Assembly (NCBI GenBank): GCA_004556925.1
Contig: SFFI01000013.1
Coordinates: forward strand, 11,563-75,562
Direction: 5' to 3'
DNA from: Clostridiales bacterium
GTDB taxonomy: Bacteria; Bacillota; Clostridia; Saccharofermentanales; DTU023
Length of the DNA: 64,000 nucleotides
Positions 52,278-60,800 of the stretch are shown in pieces. Within the stretch, counting starts at the first letter, position 1. Every line of letters starts with the position of its first letter. The notes beneath the pieces are model-generated. The model did not search any database. It saw nothing but the letters and a program-made list of their open reading frames with translations, and was not told the DNA's origin. A program made the position numbers and the translations under genes.

Positions 52278-53771
52278 TCAGGCTTGCGCTTTTGTGGGAT
52301 CTTGCTGGCGTGCGCCATAAAGACCCAGGATCAAGAGACCAATCAGCAACCAGGCGCCCGTGATCATCCACTCAACAGAGTTCAGAGCGGCCGGACTGAA
52401 AGGCAGGACCATCAAGCCGATAATAAGAGCCGCTGCGGCAATGGCACAGCAAATCACAAACTTACCACCGTTGACTTTATAGGGCCTATTTAAGCCCGGA
52501 TCACTTTTACGTAATTTCAAACAAGCGACACCTGCCATCATGCAAGCAAAGATAAAACCTAGCGAAGCGACATTAGTCAAGGGGACTAACATGTTGCTCC
52601 CCAGGAAGGGGCCAATCAAGGTCAGGACGCTCATCACGACCAAGGCCTTGGTCGGAGTCCCCTTTTGCGGATCTAGTTGCGCATAGGATTCCGGCAACAG
52701 ACGTTTCCGCCCCATGGCCAGGATCAGGCGGCTAGAGGCTCCGAAGAAAGAATTCATGGGACCTAGGGGGCCCAAGGTCGCAATTATCAGCATGACTAAA
52801 TAAAAGAAGAAACTCAACTTTTCCGGAATGCCTGCCAGGTGTTGCAGGACCGCTAAGGCTGGCACAGGCTCCTTAACAAAGTCCTGCCAAGGGATAATGG
52901 TTCCGAAAGAATAGATACAAATCAGATAGAATAAACCACTCGCCAGTAAGGCCAGGGCCGGGATCAGGCCAAATTTCTTCCAGTTGATATTAGGCGAAGC
53001 TTCCTCAGCCTGCTGGGGAATGGTGTCGAAGCCTGCATAGAAGAAAGGCGTCATAACCAAGACGGCAATCATACCGCCCAGGAAGGAGGTCGCTTTGGTA
53101 TCGCCAACGCCACCAGCTGCATTCGTTACCTGTGAGAAGGCCGGGGTTGCATTTTGGAAAGATCCGGTCGCAAAAGAGATAATCATGGCCAAAACCATGC
53201 CGGTGAGCAAGGCCTTGGTCAAGAAACTCGATAATTTAGCCGCTGCACCAGCGCCCGCAAAGTTAAGGCGAATCACTAGGATGGCAAATAATAAGGCAAT
53301 AACAGTGGGCCAGAGGTAAACATCTGATCCCATAATGGTATAGAGCTTAACGCTGGTCAACCAAGATAAACCGGGCAATTTTGCGAAGCGCGTTGTTAAT
53401 AAGGTTGAAATGGCAATGGTCTCCCAGGGGCAAAGTGGGGCATTACCTAAGATTAGCATCCAGCCGGTAAGGAAGCCCATGGACCGACCATTGGTCCTAT
53501 CTACATATTCAATGATGCCCCCCGAGATGGGGATAGCTGCCGTGAGCTCACCGAAGCACATACCAATGGGTACTAAAAAAATAGAACCAATCACAAAGGC
53601 CAAAATAGCCGGCAATGGGCCGCCACCCAGGACCATCCAGTCCCCTACCAGCATGACCCAGCCGGTTCCGATAATGGCACCGAAACCGATCGTAAAAAAG
53701 TTGAAGAGGGTCAATTCTTTCTTCATACCCTCTCCTTGAGTTTGTTGACTGTCTGACGACAATTTAACCAT
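52278..53771 (-). CDS. APC-superfamily amino acid/polyamine permease
   Basis: About 12 TM helices with FFTIGFGAIIGTGW. The likely true start is the Met at 53726 (AAGGAG upstream). Confidence 0.85.
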   Translation of the reverse strand: MVKLSSDSQQTQGEGMKKELTLFNFFTIGFGAIIGTGWVMLVGDWMVLGGGPLPAILAFVIGSIFLVPIGMCFGELTAAIPISGGIIEYVDRTNGRSMGFLTGWMLILGNAPLCPWETIAISTLLTTRFAKLPGLSWLTSVKLYTIMGSDVYLWPTVIALLFAILVIRLNFAGAGAAAKLSSFLTKALLTGMVLAMIISFATGSFQNATPAFSQVTNAAGGVGDTKATSFLGGMIAVLVMTPFFYAGFDTIPQQAEEASPNINWKKFGLIPALALLASGLFYLICIYSFGTIIPWQDFVKEPVPALAVLQHLAGIPEKLSFFFYLVMLIIATLGPLGPMNSFFGASSRLILAMGRKRLLPESYAQLDPQKGTPTKALVVMSVLTLIGPFLGSNMLVPLTNVASLGFIFACMMAGVACLKLRKSDPGLNRPYKVNGGKFVICCAIAAAALIIGLMVLPFSPAALNSVEWMITGAWLLIGLLILGLYGARQQDPTKAQA

Positions 53772-54000
53772 CTCCTATCTAAGTTGATACACTCGAAATA
53801 TCTCTATTTCTTATCCAGGAGGTATTGTATACCTCCTATTTTATCAATTCAATGAATAGGAAAGGTTAAACTTGCCAAAATTAGCCTGGCAAATGCCATA
53901 GTTTTAAACAATTTTATGGTAAGAAGCATGGCATTAAGTCATGCTTCCGATCTGCTTTTGCTGATCCTTCGATCTGCTTTTGTTGATCCTCCAATGATGG

Positions 54001-54873
54001 TCAAATTGAATAGTTGCTCTTGTCATCAACACCCTCTTGACTATGACCTACACTACTCGCTTGATCCGTAGCGTTTTCTTTCTTAGCTTTAATAAATCTC
54101 CAGACGGAGAAGGCAAGCAGGCCAAGACCGATGACTAGCATGACCACACCGATCGTCTTGTTACTTGTCTTATAATTGCCGATGATTTCCTCCGCACTGA
54201 CCTCCCGGTCATAAAAGAATACAGGCACATCCTCTGGAACAAGGAGGCTATCCCCTTCTAAGCGGCCGGCTGCCGTATAAACCGGGGCAAAATCCTCAGG
54301 ATCTCCAACTTGCCAGTAGATCTTAATGTCCCCGACTTCCCATTCATCTGTATCGCTGTTGGTGTAATACTCATCTAATTCAGGATGGAAGCCCGCAACT
54401 TCAATCCACCCATCCAAACCGTCTACAAGATAGAGTTTATTCTCTTTATCAAAATTCACATAGGATTTGTAAGACAATGTCTTCAAAAACTTCTTGTCCA
54501 GATGTACCTTGTCCTTGCCTATGACGACATCGCCATAAAACATGTCAGCCTTGACCGTATCAGGAAAGGGAGGATTTTTATATTCAAAAAGTCGATCTCT
54601 CTTGGGTACAGTCTGATGGTCGGGGAAAAAGCCATATGCAACATCTTGATTCCCATCTTCGTAATATTGGAACATCTCTACATTTCTCTTGAGAAAAGGG
54701 CTATCCATTTCAATTTCAAAATCTGGATCATAGGCTGAACCGACCAGCTCTAACTTGCCGGTGATCACATCCAATTCTCCAGGTCCTTGTACACCACGCG
54801 AGAAAGTATAGGCCCCCCATGCCAGGAGCAGAATGCCAATAACAACTAAAATATACTTTTTATACTTTTCCAT
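54001..54873 (-). CDS. Membrane-anchored protein (TM helix at each end), TMEM43/DUF1625-like
   Basis: The topology plus FLKRNVEMFQY and GDIKIYWQV blocks are reminiscent of TMEM43-family proteins; the family call is tentative. Confidence 0.5.
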   Translation of the reverse strand: MEKYKKYILVVIGILLLAWGAYTFSRGVQGPGELDVITGKLELVGSAYDPDFEIEMDSPFLKRNVEMFQYYEDGNQDVAYGFFPDHQTVPKRDRLFEYKNPPFPDTVKADMFYGDVVIGKDKVHLDKKFLKTLSYKSYVNFDKENKLYLVDGLDGWIEVAGFHPELDEYYTNSDTDEWEVGDIKIYWQVGDPEDFAPVYTAAGRLEGDSLLVPEDVPVFFYDREVSAEEIIGNYKTSNKTIGVVMLVIGLGLLAFSVWRFIKAKKENATDQASSVGHSQEGVDDKSNYSI

Positions 54874-55092
54874 AAAAAAGCTCTCCCCCTTCGCCTACAA
54901 GCTGGGAACTTCTAGCAAAGTTACCCTCTGATTGTCCCCAACTTCTCCCAACTTCAGACACAGCAATCGCTTTGCCTACGTCTATATAGCCAAATTATGG
55001 TGAATTAAAGCGGATACTAAATCGCCCGAAAGGATGATGTTGTTAAAAGGCGGGTAAAATCTAGAGCCATTAGCCTCTTACCTAGATATATT

Positions 55093-55128
55093 GGTTGGCT
55101 AATCAGCTCAAACCAAGGTTTGCCAACC
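55093..55128. repeat. Solo copy of the GGTTGGC...GCCAACC hairpin element seen in triplicate at 44.08-44.26 kb
   Basis: GGTTGGCtAA-N16-TTtGCCAACC followed by TTTATTTT; it abuts the stop of the toxin stub. Confidence 0.7.
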
Positions 55129-55129
55129 T

Positions 55130-55294
55130 TTATTTTCCAAACAAGTCCGCATGACTGCCATTGCGGTAGAGCATCAACACCAGCAATGAAGACTGAACTT
55201 CGTAAATCAAAAGCCAGTCAGGATCAATATGACACTCACGAGTTCCTTTATATTTTCCAGATAGATTATGGTCTCGAAAGTTTCTTAAGCTCAT
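55130..55294 (-). pseudogene. YafQ/RelE-family toxin remnant (C-terminal ~50 aa only)
   Basis: My translation: MSLRNFRDHNLSGKYKGTRECHIDPDWLLIYEVQSSLLVLMLYRNGSHADLFGK*. It matches the YafQ C-terminal half (from roughly residue 45 by eye). The N-terminal half is absent and the ORF overlaps the antitoxin 3' end by 29 nt. Confidence 0.6.
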
Positions 55295-55547
55295 CAATAC
55301 TATGATATCCTACTGCACTCGGATCAAAAGCAATGCGCCTTCCCTCTTCTATAGCTGCTGATGTCTTTGCATTCGGGACATCCAACTTTAAATCAAAGGG
55401 CAGACCATTTTCACGCACCGTCGCCCTAAGAAATAAATTTACAGCTGTAGTCATATTCATGCCAAGCTCAGAAAAAATAGTCTCAGCCTGTTTTTTAATA
55501 GTCGTATCGGTTCTAACATTCAAATTACTTGTAGCCATGACTATCAC
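55266..55547 (-). CDS. RelB/DinJ-family type II antitoxin
   Basis: MATSNLNVRTDTTIKKQAETIFSELGMNMTTAVNLFLRATVRENGLPFDL. The likely start is the Met at 55538. Confidence 0.85.
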   Translation of the reverse strand: MIVMATSNLNVRTDTTIKKQAETIFSELGMNMTTAVNLFLRATVRENGLPFDLKLDVPNAKTSAAIEEGRRIAFDPSAVGYHSIDELKKLSRP

Positions 55548-55679
55548 CTCCTAGGCAATTTTATCATAATAAAGCTACTAGCAACATAATATGTTGGCAT
55601 AAGCTTCATCATAGAAGATTTAAGGAAATATCCGTTTTGTCGTCCTTTTTACCTTCTTAGTTGGGTTCACCTTGAGATT

Positions 55680-55757
55680 CTACAAGCGTTTCTCCAAATC
55701 GAGCTTTCCATATAAAATACGCCTAACTTCCATGATACGTAATTTATAATCTTTCAT
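55680..55757 (-). pseudogene. RelE/ParE-family toxin remnant (25 codons; apparent internal deletion)
   Basis: The ATG overlaps the antitoxin end in the usual TA fashion. The product MKDYKLRIMEVRRILYGKLDLEKRL looks like a toxin N-terminus joined directly to a ParE/RelE C-terminal ...V.RILHG.RD motif. Confidence 0.45.
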
Positions 55758-56019
55758 TGTCTTTTATGCGCTCTTTCACTCTAGTAAAAACTTCGTCAGC
55801 ACAGTAAAGCTCAGGTATTATTTCTGCCATTCTATCTGCCTCATCTAGTCTTTCTTCTATGTCCTCGGTAAGTGCAGTATATTGCTCCAAACTCATAACA
55901 ACCATCGTCCCATAGCCGCTTTTTGTTAAATAAACAGGCGTACCTGATTTAACAATTTTCTCAATTTCCTTAAATCGGTTGCGTAAATCGGAAACAGGTC
56001 GAATTGTAATCATGTCCAT
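55744..56019 (-). CDS. Phd/YefM-family type II antitoxin
   Basis: ITIRPVSDLRNRFKEIEKIVKSGTPVYLTKSGYGTMVVMSLEQYTAL. Confidence 0.8.
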   Translation of the reverse strand: MDMITIRPVSDLRNRFKEIEKIVKSGTPVYLTKSGYGTMVVMSLEQYTALTEDIEERLDEADRMAEIIPELYCADEVFTRVKERIKDNERL

Positions 56020-56098
56020 TACCTCCCTAAGTGGCTTTATTTTGTCATAATTCCGCCATCAGAAACAGAAATATAATAGCGACTATCAAGGCTAAAAC

Positions 56099-56404
56099 TT
56101 GCCTCATCATAAAGGAGACCTTAGTCAATGCGATATTCGCCAACTGATTTTGACAACTGCCGGTAACCTCCCCGTGGTTATCAATAATCTTCTTAAAGAA
56201 GACCTCATCAGTAAACGCCCCCATGAAGCAGATGGCAGACGTCAGGTTTTATCCTTAACTTTAAAAGGAAGGAATCTCCTTGAAGAAGTATTTCCTAAGA
56301 ACCAGAAATGCATTGAAGATTGTTTCTCTGTTTGGACGGAAAAAGAAAAGGAAATGCTACATGCAGCTATGAAGAAATTTAGAAAGGAACACTATGAAAG
56401 CTAA
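56099..56404 (+). CDS. MarR-family wHTH regulator, apparently 5'-truncated (possible pseudogene)
   Basis: Only the wHTH and C-terminal helices are present (LILTTAGNLPVVINNLLKEDLISKRPHEADGRRQVLSLTLKGRNLLEEVFP). It has a TTG start immediately after an in-frame stop and is about 40 aa short of typical MarR. It overlaps the pirin start. Confidence 0.55.
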   Translation: MPHHKGDLSQCDIRQLILTTAGNLPVVINNLLKEDLISKRPHEADGRRQVLSLTLKGRNLLEEVFPKNQKCIEDCFSVWTEKEKEMLHAAMKKFRKEHYES

Positions 56405-57221
56405 AATCTTAGAAAGAGTGAAAGGCATAAACACAAGTGATGGCGCAGGCGTTAAACTTGTTCGTGTCCTTAGTAACAAAACTGTTGAAAGCTATGATCC
56501 CTTCCTCATGTTGGACAGCTTTGATTCTACCAATTACGATGATTACAAAGCAGGATTCCCCATGCATCCACATAGAGGAATTGAGACCATCACTTACCTA
56601 TCTGCTGGTCATGTAACCCATCGAGACTCTTTGGGTAACGAAAAAACTATTGGACCAAAATCCATTCAATGGATGACCGCTGGATCTGGAATCCTTCACT
56701 CAGAATTTTTTGATGAGGAAGATCGTCTCCTAGGTCTTCAACTTTGGTTAAATTTACCCAAGCATGCCAAAATGACTTCTCCAAGTTACAAGGAAGTGCT
56801 CCCTGAGGACATCTCCGTCGTAAATCGAGAAGGAGCAAACATCCGCGTTTATAGCGGAAGTCTCGAAGATGCAAAATCTGACCAAGCTAAATACAATCCA
56901 CTAGATTTCTATGCCATTGACTTAAATGGTTCTGTCACCATCTCCCCTAAAGAAGGCTATACAGTGAGTCTCTTTACCCTGATCGGTCACATTAAAGTCA
57001 ACGGTGAAAGTGTAGAAGAAAAAACATCTGTACGACTTTCAGAAGGTGACGTAAAACTAGAAAGTGATGGTGAAGTAGAAGTCATTTGGATGGCGTCTCC
57101 CCCACTAAAAGAACCTGTTGCTTGGGGTGGACCCATTGTTATGAATACAAGAGAAGAGGGCAATCATGCATTTCAAGAATTATCAAAAGGAACATTTTTA
57201 AAGGAGAGCATACAAGAGTGA
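56394..57221 (+). CDS. Pirin-family (bicupin) protein
   Basis: FPMHPHRGIETITYL...H.DS.GN...QWMTAGSGILHSE. Confidence 0.9.
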   Translation: MKAKILERVKGINTSDGAGVKLVRVLSNKTVESYDPFLMLDSFDSTNYDDYKAGFPMHPHRGIETITYLSAGHVTHRDSLGNEKTIGPKSIQWMTAGSGILHSEFFDEEDRLLGLQLWLNLPKHAKMTSPSYKEVLPEDISVVNREGANIRVYSGSLEDAKSDQAKYNPLDFYAIDLNGSVTISPKEGYTVSLFTLIGHIKVNGESVEEKTSVRLSEGDVKLESDGEVEVIWMASPPLKEPVAWGGPIVMNTREEGNHAFQELSKGTFLKESIQE

Positions 57222-57284
57222 AATTTTTAGACTCAGAATAAAAATATGGTGGGATTAGGTTAATTCTCGACTTCAATCATACCA

Positions 57285-57330
57285 AGAAAAAAGACGTAGC
57301 AGGATTTAGTTCTTGCTACGTCTCTTTTAT
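57285..57330. terminator. Bidirectional intrinsic terminator after the pirin gene
   Basis: AAAAAA-AGACGTAGCA-loop-TGCTACGTCT-CTTTTAT (10-bp stem). Confidence 0.75.
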
Positions 57331-57432
57331 GGCATCGTACATCAAAACGAATACAATCCACTCAGAAATATTGCTCGGGTGCATTGGGGTGCAAAATGAA
57401 AAACCAGGTGCAATTTGAACCCCTAGAGCACG
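57324..57432. repeat. Copy 1 of a ~105-bp direct repeat
   Basis: TTTTATGGCATCGTACAtCAAAACGAATACAATCCACTCAGAAATATTGCTCGGGTGCATTGGGGTGCAAAATGAAA... includes a 58-nt block identical to 60795-60903. Confidence 0.85.
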
Positions 57433-57469
57433 TCTTTCGATCTTAACTTGAGAGTGGTACCCTTCCAAA

Positions 57470-57652
57470 CTAAGATTTGCCTCTATCCCTTTTTGAAACG
57501 TGATACCTACTTCCACAACCTATACCAAAAAGCATAGAACCTATTATCCATGCATACTCGGTTTTCCCCGTTTTGTTGGACATATATATTGATAGAATAA
57601 GCACGATTCCTGAGATTACAGTTAATACTAACCACATGTTCTTTTTATTCAT
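57470..57652 (-). CDS. Small two-TM hypothetical protein (60 aa from MNKKNMW)
   Basis: GGGGGA Shine-Dalgarno 8 nt upstream of the ATG at 57652, two hydrophobic helices, and a position downstream of the ABC permease. Confidence 0.4.
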   Translation of the reverse strand: MNKKNMWLVLTVISGIVLILSIYMSNKTGKTEYAWIIGSMLFGIGCGSRYHVSKRDRGKS

Positions 57653-57714
57653 TTGTGAGTCCCCCAAGTTATAAGCAGAGCTCTCACCAACGAAACATTA
57701 GACCTAAAGGCTCA

Positions 57715-58350
57715 TCAAAATTCCCTTTTCTCATAGATAACTCTTGAACAAAAGTAGGAAATCCCGTTTACCAAGATGGCGGCGGCAGCCAAGATAAGGG
57801 CAAGGTAGCGACTATCCAGGTTAAATCCTGCCTGCAGCTTAGCCGCAAGCCACTCCTTATTAGAGGCTATACTGGAAAAAAAGGCAAAGGTGACAAAGTA
57901 GAGTCCGACAAAGATGAGCCGGGCTTTCGTTTCACCAAAACGATACATCAGGGGCAACTGGACAGCTGAGATAAAACTGGTCATGAGAAAGATTCCTGGA
58001 ACGAGTAAAATCCAGTCCAAGGCTAAGGGGTTGTTGCCCTTGGTGAGCCAAGGCATCATTAAAGCTAAGATGACGGCCAAAGTCGACATAAACCAAACAA
58101 TGACATAGCGACTCAAAACGATCGTTGACCTTTTAACAGGAGACGGTACGAGGTAGTGGTCAAGCCGGTCTTGGCTATCGGCACCAAAGAGCATACCCAG
58201 AATAATAACCGGTAGCAGGATAAAAAAGAGGGGTAAAAGGTAGATCTGATCTTCCTTATAAAAATAAAAAGCGATAACAGCTAGGATTACCAGCATCAAA
58301 AGCAAGACCTTTTTTAAGGCTATAAAATCTTTATAGAGCAAGGCTTTCAT
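57715..58350 (-). CDS. ABC-2-type transporter permease
   Basis: Start MKALLYKDFIALKK with AAGGAGG 6 nt upstream, inside the ATPase gene end; 6 TM helices. Confidence 0.7.
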   Translation of the reverse strand: MKALLYKDFIALKKVLLLMLVILAVIAFYFYKEDQIYLLPLFFILLPVIILGMLFGADSQDRLDHYLVPSPVKRSTIVLSRYVIVWFMSTLAVILALMMPWLTKGNNPLALDWILLVPGIFLMTSFISAVQLPLMYRFGETKARLIFVGLYFVTFAFFSSIASNKEWLAAKLQAGFNLDSRYLALILAAAAILVNGISYFCSRVIYEKREF

Positions 58351-59197
58351 TTTTGTCCTCCTTAATGGTGAACACCATAATGTCTTCGATACTAGCCTTA
58401 TCCAAACTGAGATCGGCCGGTACAAGATTACGCTTAACCAGGGCTTCTATACCAAATCGGTGCTTCCGCAAACCAACCACAGCCCCGGGATCAAGGGCTT
58501 GCAACTGGTCTTCCGTGAGAGAAGCAATCCCATATTCTTCAGCCAGACTGTCCTTGTTCTCCATAAAGAGCAATTCCCCCTTATGGATAAAGGCAATGTA
58601 ATCGGCTATTTTTTCTAAATCCGATAGAATGTGAGACGAGATAAAGACTGTATGGCTTTCGTCTTGGAGATAGTCCAATAAAATATCTAGAACATCGTCC
58701 CTGATAACAGGATCAAGCCCGCTTGTGGCCTCATCTAAAAGCAAAAGCTTTGCCCCATGAGAGAGGGCAACCGCCAGGCCGAGCTGCATCTTCATCCCTC
58801 GTGAAAGATCCTTTACCCGTCTTTTTTCAGGAAGGTTGAAGGACTGGATGAGCTTCTGAAAAGTATGATCCTGCCAGGCTTGGCCATAGAGCAAACCATG
58901 AAAGCGTTGCACGTTAGCCACGGTCATCGACCCGGGTAAAAACAGGTCATCAAAGACATAAGCAATGTCCTTCTTTTGTTCCGCTGTTATTTTCTCAAGC
59001 GGTTTGTCCAAGATCTTGATTTGGCCACTATCGGCCTCCATCAAGCCTAGTATGAGTTTAATCGTCGTACTCTTTCCTGCTCCATTCTCCCCAATGTATC
59101 CGACCACACAACCGGTCGGGACAGAAAAAGTGAGCGGTCCCAAGTGGAAGTCACCTAGCTTTTTGGTAACCCCCTTTAATTCGATCGCCTTAGTCAT
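58331..59197 (-). CDS. ABC transporter ATP-binding protein
   Basis: GENGAGKSTT Walker A, LSRGMKMQLG signature and LLLLDEATSGLD Walker B. Confidence 0.9.
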   Translation of the reverse strand: MTKAIELKGVTKKLGDFHLGPLTFSVPTGCVVGYIGENGAGKSTTIKLILGLMEADSGQIKILDKPLEKITAEQKKDIAYVFDDLFLPGSMTVANVQRFHGLLYGQAWQDHTFQKLIQSFNLPEKRRVKDLSRGMKMQLGLAVALSHGAKLLLLDEATSGLDPVIRDDVLDILLDYLQDESHTVFISSHILSDLEKIADYIAFIHKGELLFMENKDSLAEEYGIASLTEDQLQALDPGAVVGLRKHRFGIEALVKRNLVPADLSLDKASIEDIMVFTIKEDKNESLAL

Positions 59198-59567
59198 GAT
59201 CCTCCTCCAAATTATCCAGCATGCTCATCAAATCTTCCCGCGATAGGCCAAGGATTTTGGCATAGTCGAGAACAGCTGTCAGATTGTCCTCTATCTTCCT
59301 GAGGAGACTTTCCCTGACAAGCTCCTGGTTCTGGGGAGCAACAAAACTCCCTTTCCCCTGGACTGAATGGATAAAGCCATCCTTTTCGAGCTCGTCATAA
59401 GCCCGCTTAGTGGTGATAACACTCACCCTAAGTTCCTTAGCCAGAACACGGATCGAGGGCAGGGGCTCGTCAGCTCCCAGCTCTCCGTTCAGAATAGCAA
59501 ACTGGATTTGATTTTTTATTTGTAGGTAAATCGGATCATCACTCGAGTTTTTGATATGAATATTCAT
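59190..59567 (-). CDS. GntR-family regulator, short YtrA subfamily (125 aa)
   Basis: PIYLQIKNQIQFAILNGELGADEPLPSIRVLAKELRVSVITTKRAYDELEKDGFI; GGAGG SD before the Met at 59567. The longer track ORF start (59678) is unlikely. Confidence 0.85.
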   Translation of the reverse strand: MNIHIKNSSDDPIYLQIKNQIQFAILNGELGADEPLPSIRVLAKELRVSVITTKRAYDELEKDGFIHSVQGKGSFVAPQNQELVRESLLRKIEDNLTAVLDYAKILGLSREDLMSMLDNLEEDHD

Positions 59568-59708
59568 AAAAACCTCCGCTTGCCTACTGTGCATAGTGTA
59601 TATGAACAGTTTTCCATTGTCAATGCTTTTCAAGACTATGGAGGTTTGTTGAAGTGGCCATCTAGTTATCAAGGTCACCCAGCTAGCAAGTATTATTTAC
59701 TGTGATTT

Positions 59709-60050
59709 ATGCTTAAACAGCTCAAAACATTCGAAGAACAAGTCGCTATACTAAAGCAACACGGTTGCGTCATAGATGATGAGGAAACCTGTATTCGTGT
59801 ACTTGCTAAATTCGGGGCATTAGAAGCAATCGAGATTTCTCTAAAAACTCGTCTAGCCTATCTCCACGGACATCATTATGGCCCACTTGGTTATCTTGAT
59901 CAAAAATATGACGGACGATTTCCTATCTGGGTTATCACTGAGCTCTTCAGCTTCAGTCTGATTGATCACGTCAGCGTTCCTACAGGTGGTAAAAAATCAT
60001 TCATTTACCATCTGCGAAGCGGTGAGGCAAAAGAAATCACGCTGGAATAA
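59709..60050 (+). pseudogene. Abi_2 (AbiD/AbiF-like) abortive-infection gene remnant
   Basis: FEEQVAILKQHGCVIDDEE...IRVL resembles the Abi_2 N-terminus, and EISLKTRLAYL and PIWVITELFSF resemble internal blocks. The ORF is only 113 aa versus about 300, implying internal deletions. Confidence 0.55.
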
Positions 60051-60088
60051 TTCAAAAGTTTTCTCTTCAATCCTTACCGGAAGTAGTC

Positions 60089-60490
60089 CTACCAGATAAC
60101 AAAGCAGAAAGGGTGACCAACGGGGTCAATGAGCGTGATCCAATCATCTGTTCCTTTTTCATCATTGTGACCAAATTGTACTTCCGCTATCATAGCACCA
60201 CAGTCCAAAGCATGTTGGACAGCGGTTTTCATTTCTATCTGACTACTAACTTCAAAATCCAGGTGTGCCTGCTGCTGTTGAAACAATCTTTGTTCAGGCC
60301 AATTCGGGCGGTCATATATCTCGTTAAGTTGAATGAGAATTCTGCAACCTCCATTCGGTGAGGAAACACGGCCAACAGTCTTTTCATTAATAAAATCAAT
60401 ATTCCAGTTCAGAAGCTTTGCGTAAAATTCAGTTAAAAGTCGGACATCCGGACTATCCAAAACTACCGCATCAAGGACATAGGGCTTCAT
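60089..60490 (-). CDS. VOC/glyoxalase-family protein
   Basis: Size and pattern (VLDSPD...FYAKLL.W...HLDFEV...DP.GHPFC) are typical of glyoxalase-like VOC proteins. Confidence 0.75.
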   Translation of the reverse strand: MKPYVLDAVVLDSPDVRLLTEFYAKLLNWNIDFINEKTVGRVSSPNGGCRILIQLNEIYDRPNWPEQRLFQQQQAHLDFEVSSQIEMKTAVQHALDCGAMIAEVQFGHNDEKGTDDWITLIDPVGHPFCFVIW

Positions 60491-60562
60491 ATCATTCTCC
60501 TTCTAGAAAATAAATAGCTACACATCTACAACTGATTTATAAATCCTACAGCCAATAATACC

Positions 60563-60630
60563 AGCTACACGAAAATCATAATAGCTACACGAAACTAAAC
60601 AGACGATACGAAACTCCGAGTTTCGTGTAG
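60563..60630. promoter_or_regulatory. Direct plus inverted AGCTACACGAAA repeats upstream of the VOC gene
   Basis: AGCTACACGAAA occurs at 60563 and 60583 (20-bp period). CTACACGAAACT (60585-60596) is inverted as AGTTTCGTGTAG (60619-60630). Confidence 0.5.
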
Positions 60631-60755
60631 TTGGTTTCACGAGCAAATAAAAGGGTGCAGAAAACAGCCAAACAATCAGCTATTAAGCCTAAATTGCACC
60701 CTTTCGTTTATTTAAGGGTTTCCTGAAAGCTTTGCCCTGTCAGCATTTTAAGACA

Positions 60756-60800
60756 CAAAAAAGGACGACTCAGGATTGTATCCGTTTGGTCGTCCTTTTA
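60756..60800. terminator. Terminator-like hairpin abutting repeat copy 2
   Basis: AAAAAA-AGGACGAC-loop-GTCGTCCT-TTTTAT; same architecture as 57285-57330 but a different stem sequence. Confidence 0.6.

Noticed and set aside
53947-53990. A 22-bp tandem duplication (cGATCTGCTTTTGcTGATCCT / cGATCTGCTTTTGtTGATCCT) just downstream of the TMEM43-like gene.
   Set aside because: It is a single imperfect duplication with no palindromic or promoter-like features, and is most simply explained by replication slippage.
57316-57516. A 66-aa minus ORF covering repeat copy 1, and the possible 22-aa peptide MHPSNISEWIVFVLMYDAIKET.
   Set aside because: In copy 2 the long frame is interrupted by a stop. The shared ATG has no Shine-Dalgarno sequence, and the peptide C-termini differ because they run into the non-homologous hairpins.
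59568-59678. The upstream extension of the GntR ORF (MTLITRWPLQQ...), and similar N-terminal extensions of the ABC-2 permease (58351-58425) and the APC permease (53727-53771).
   Set aside because: In each case an internal Met preceded by a good Shine-Dalgarno sequence gives a protein matching the family-typical N-terminus. The extensions have no RBS support.
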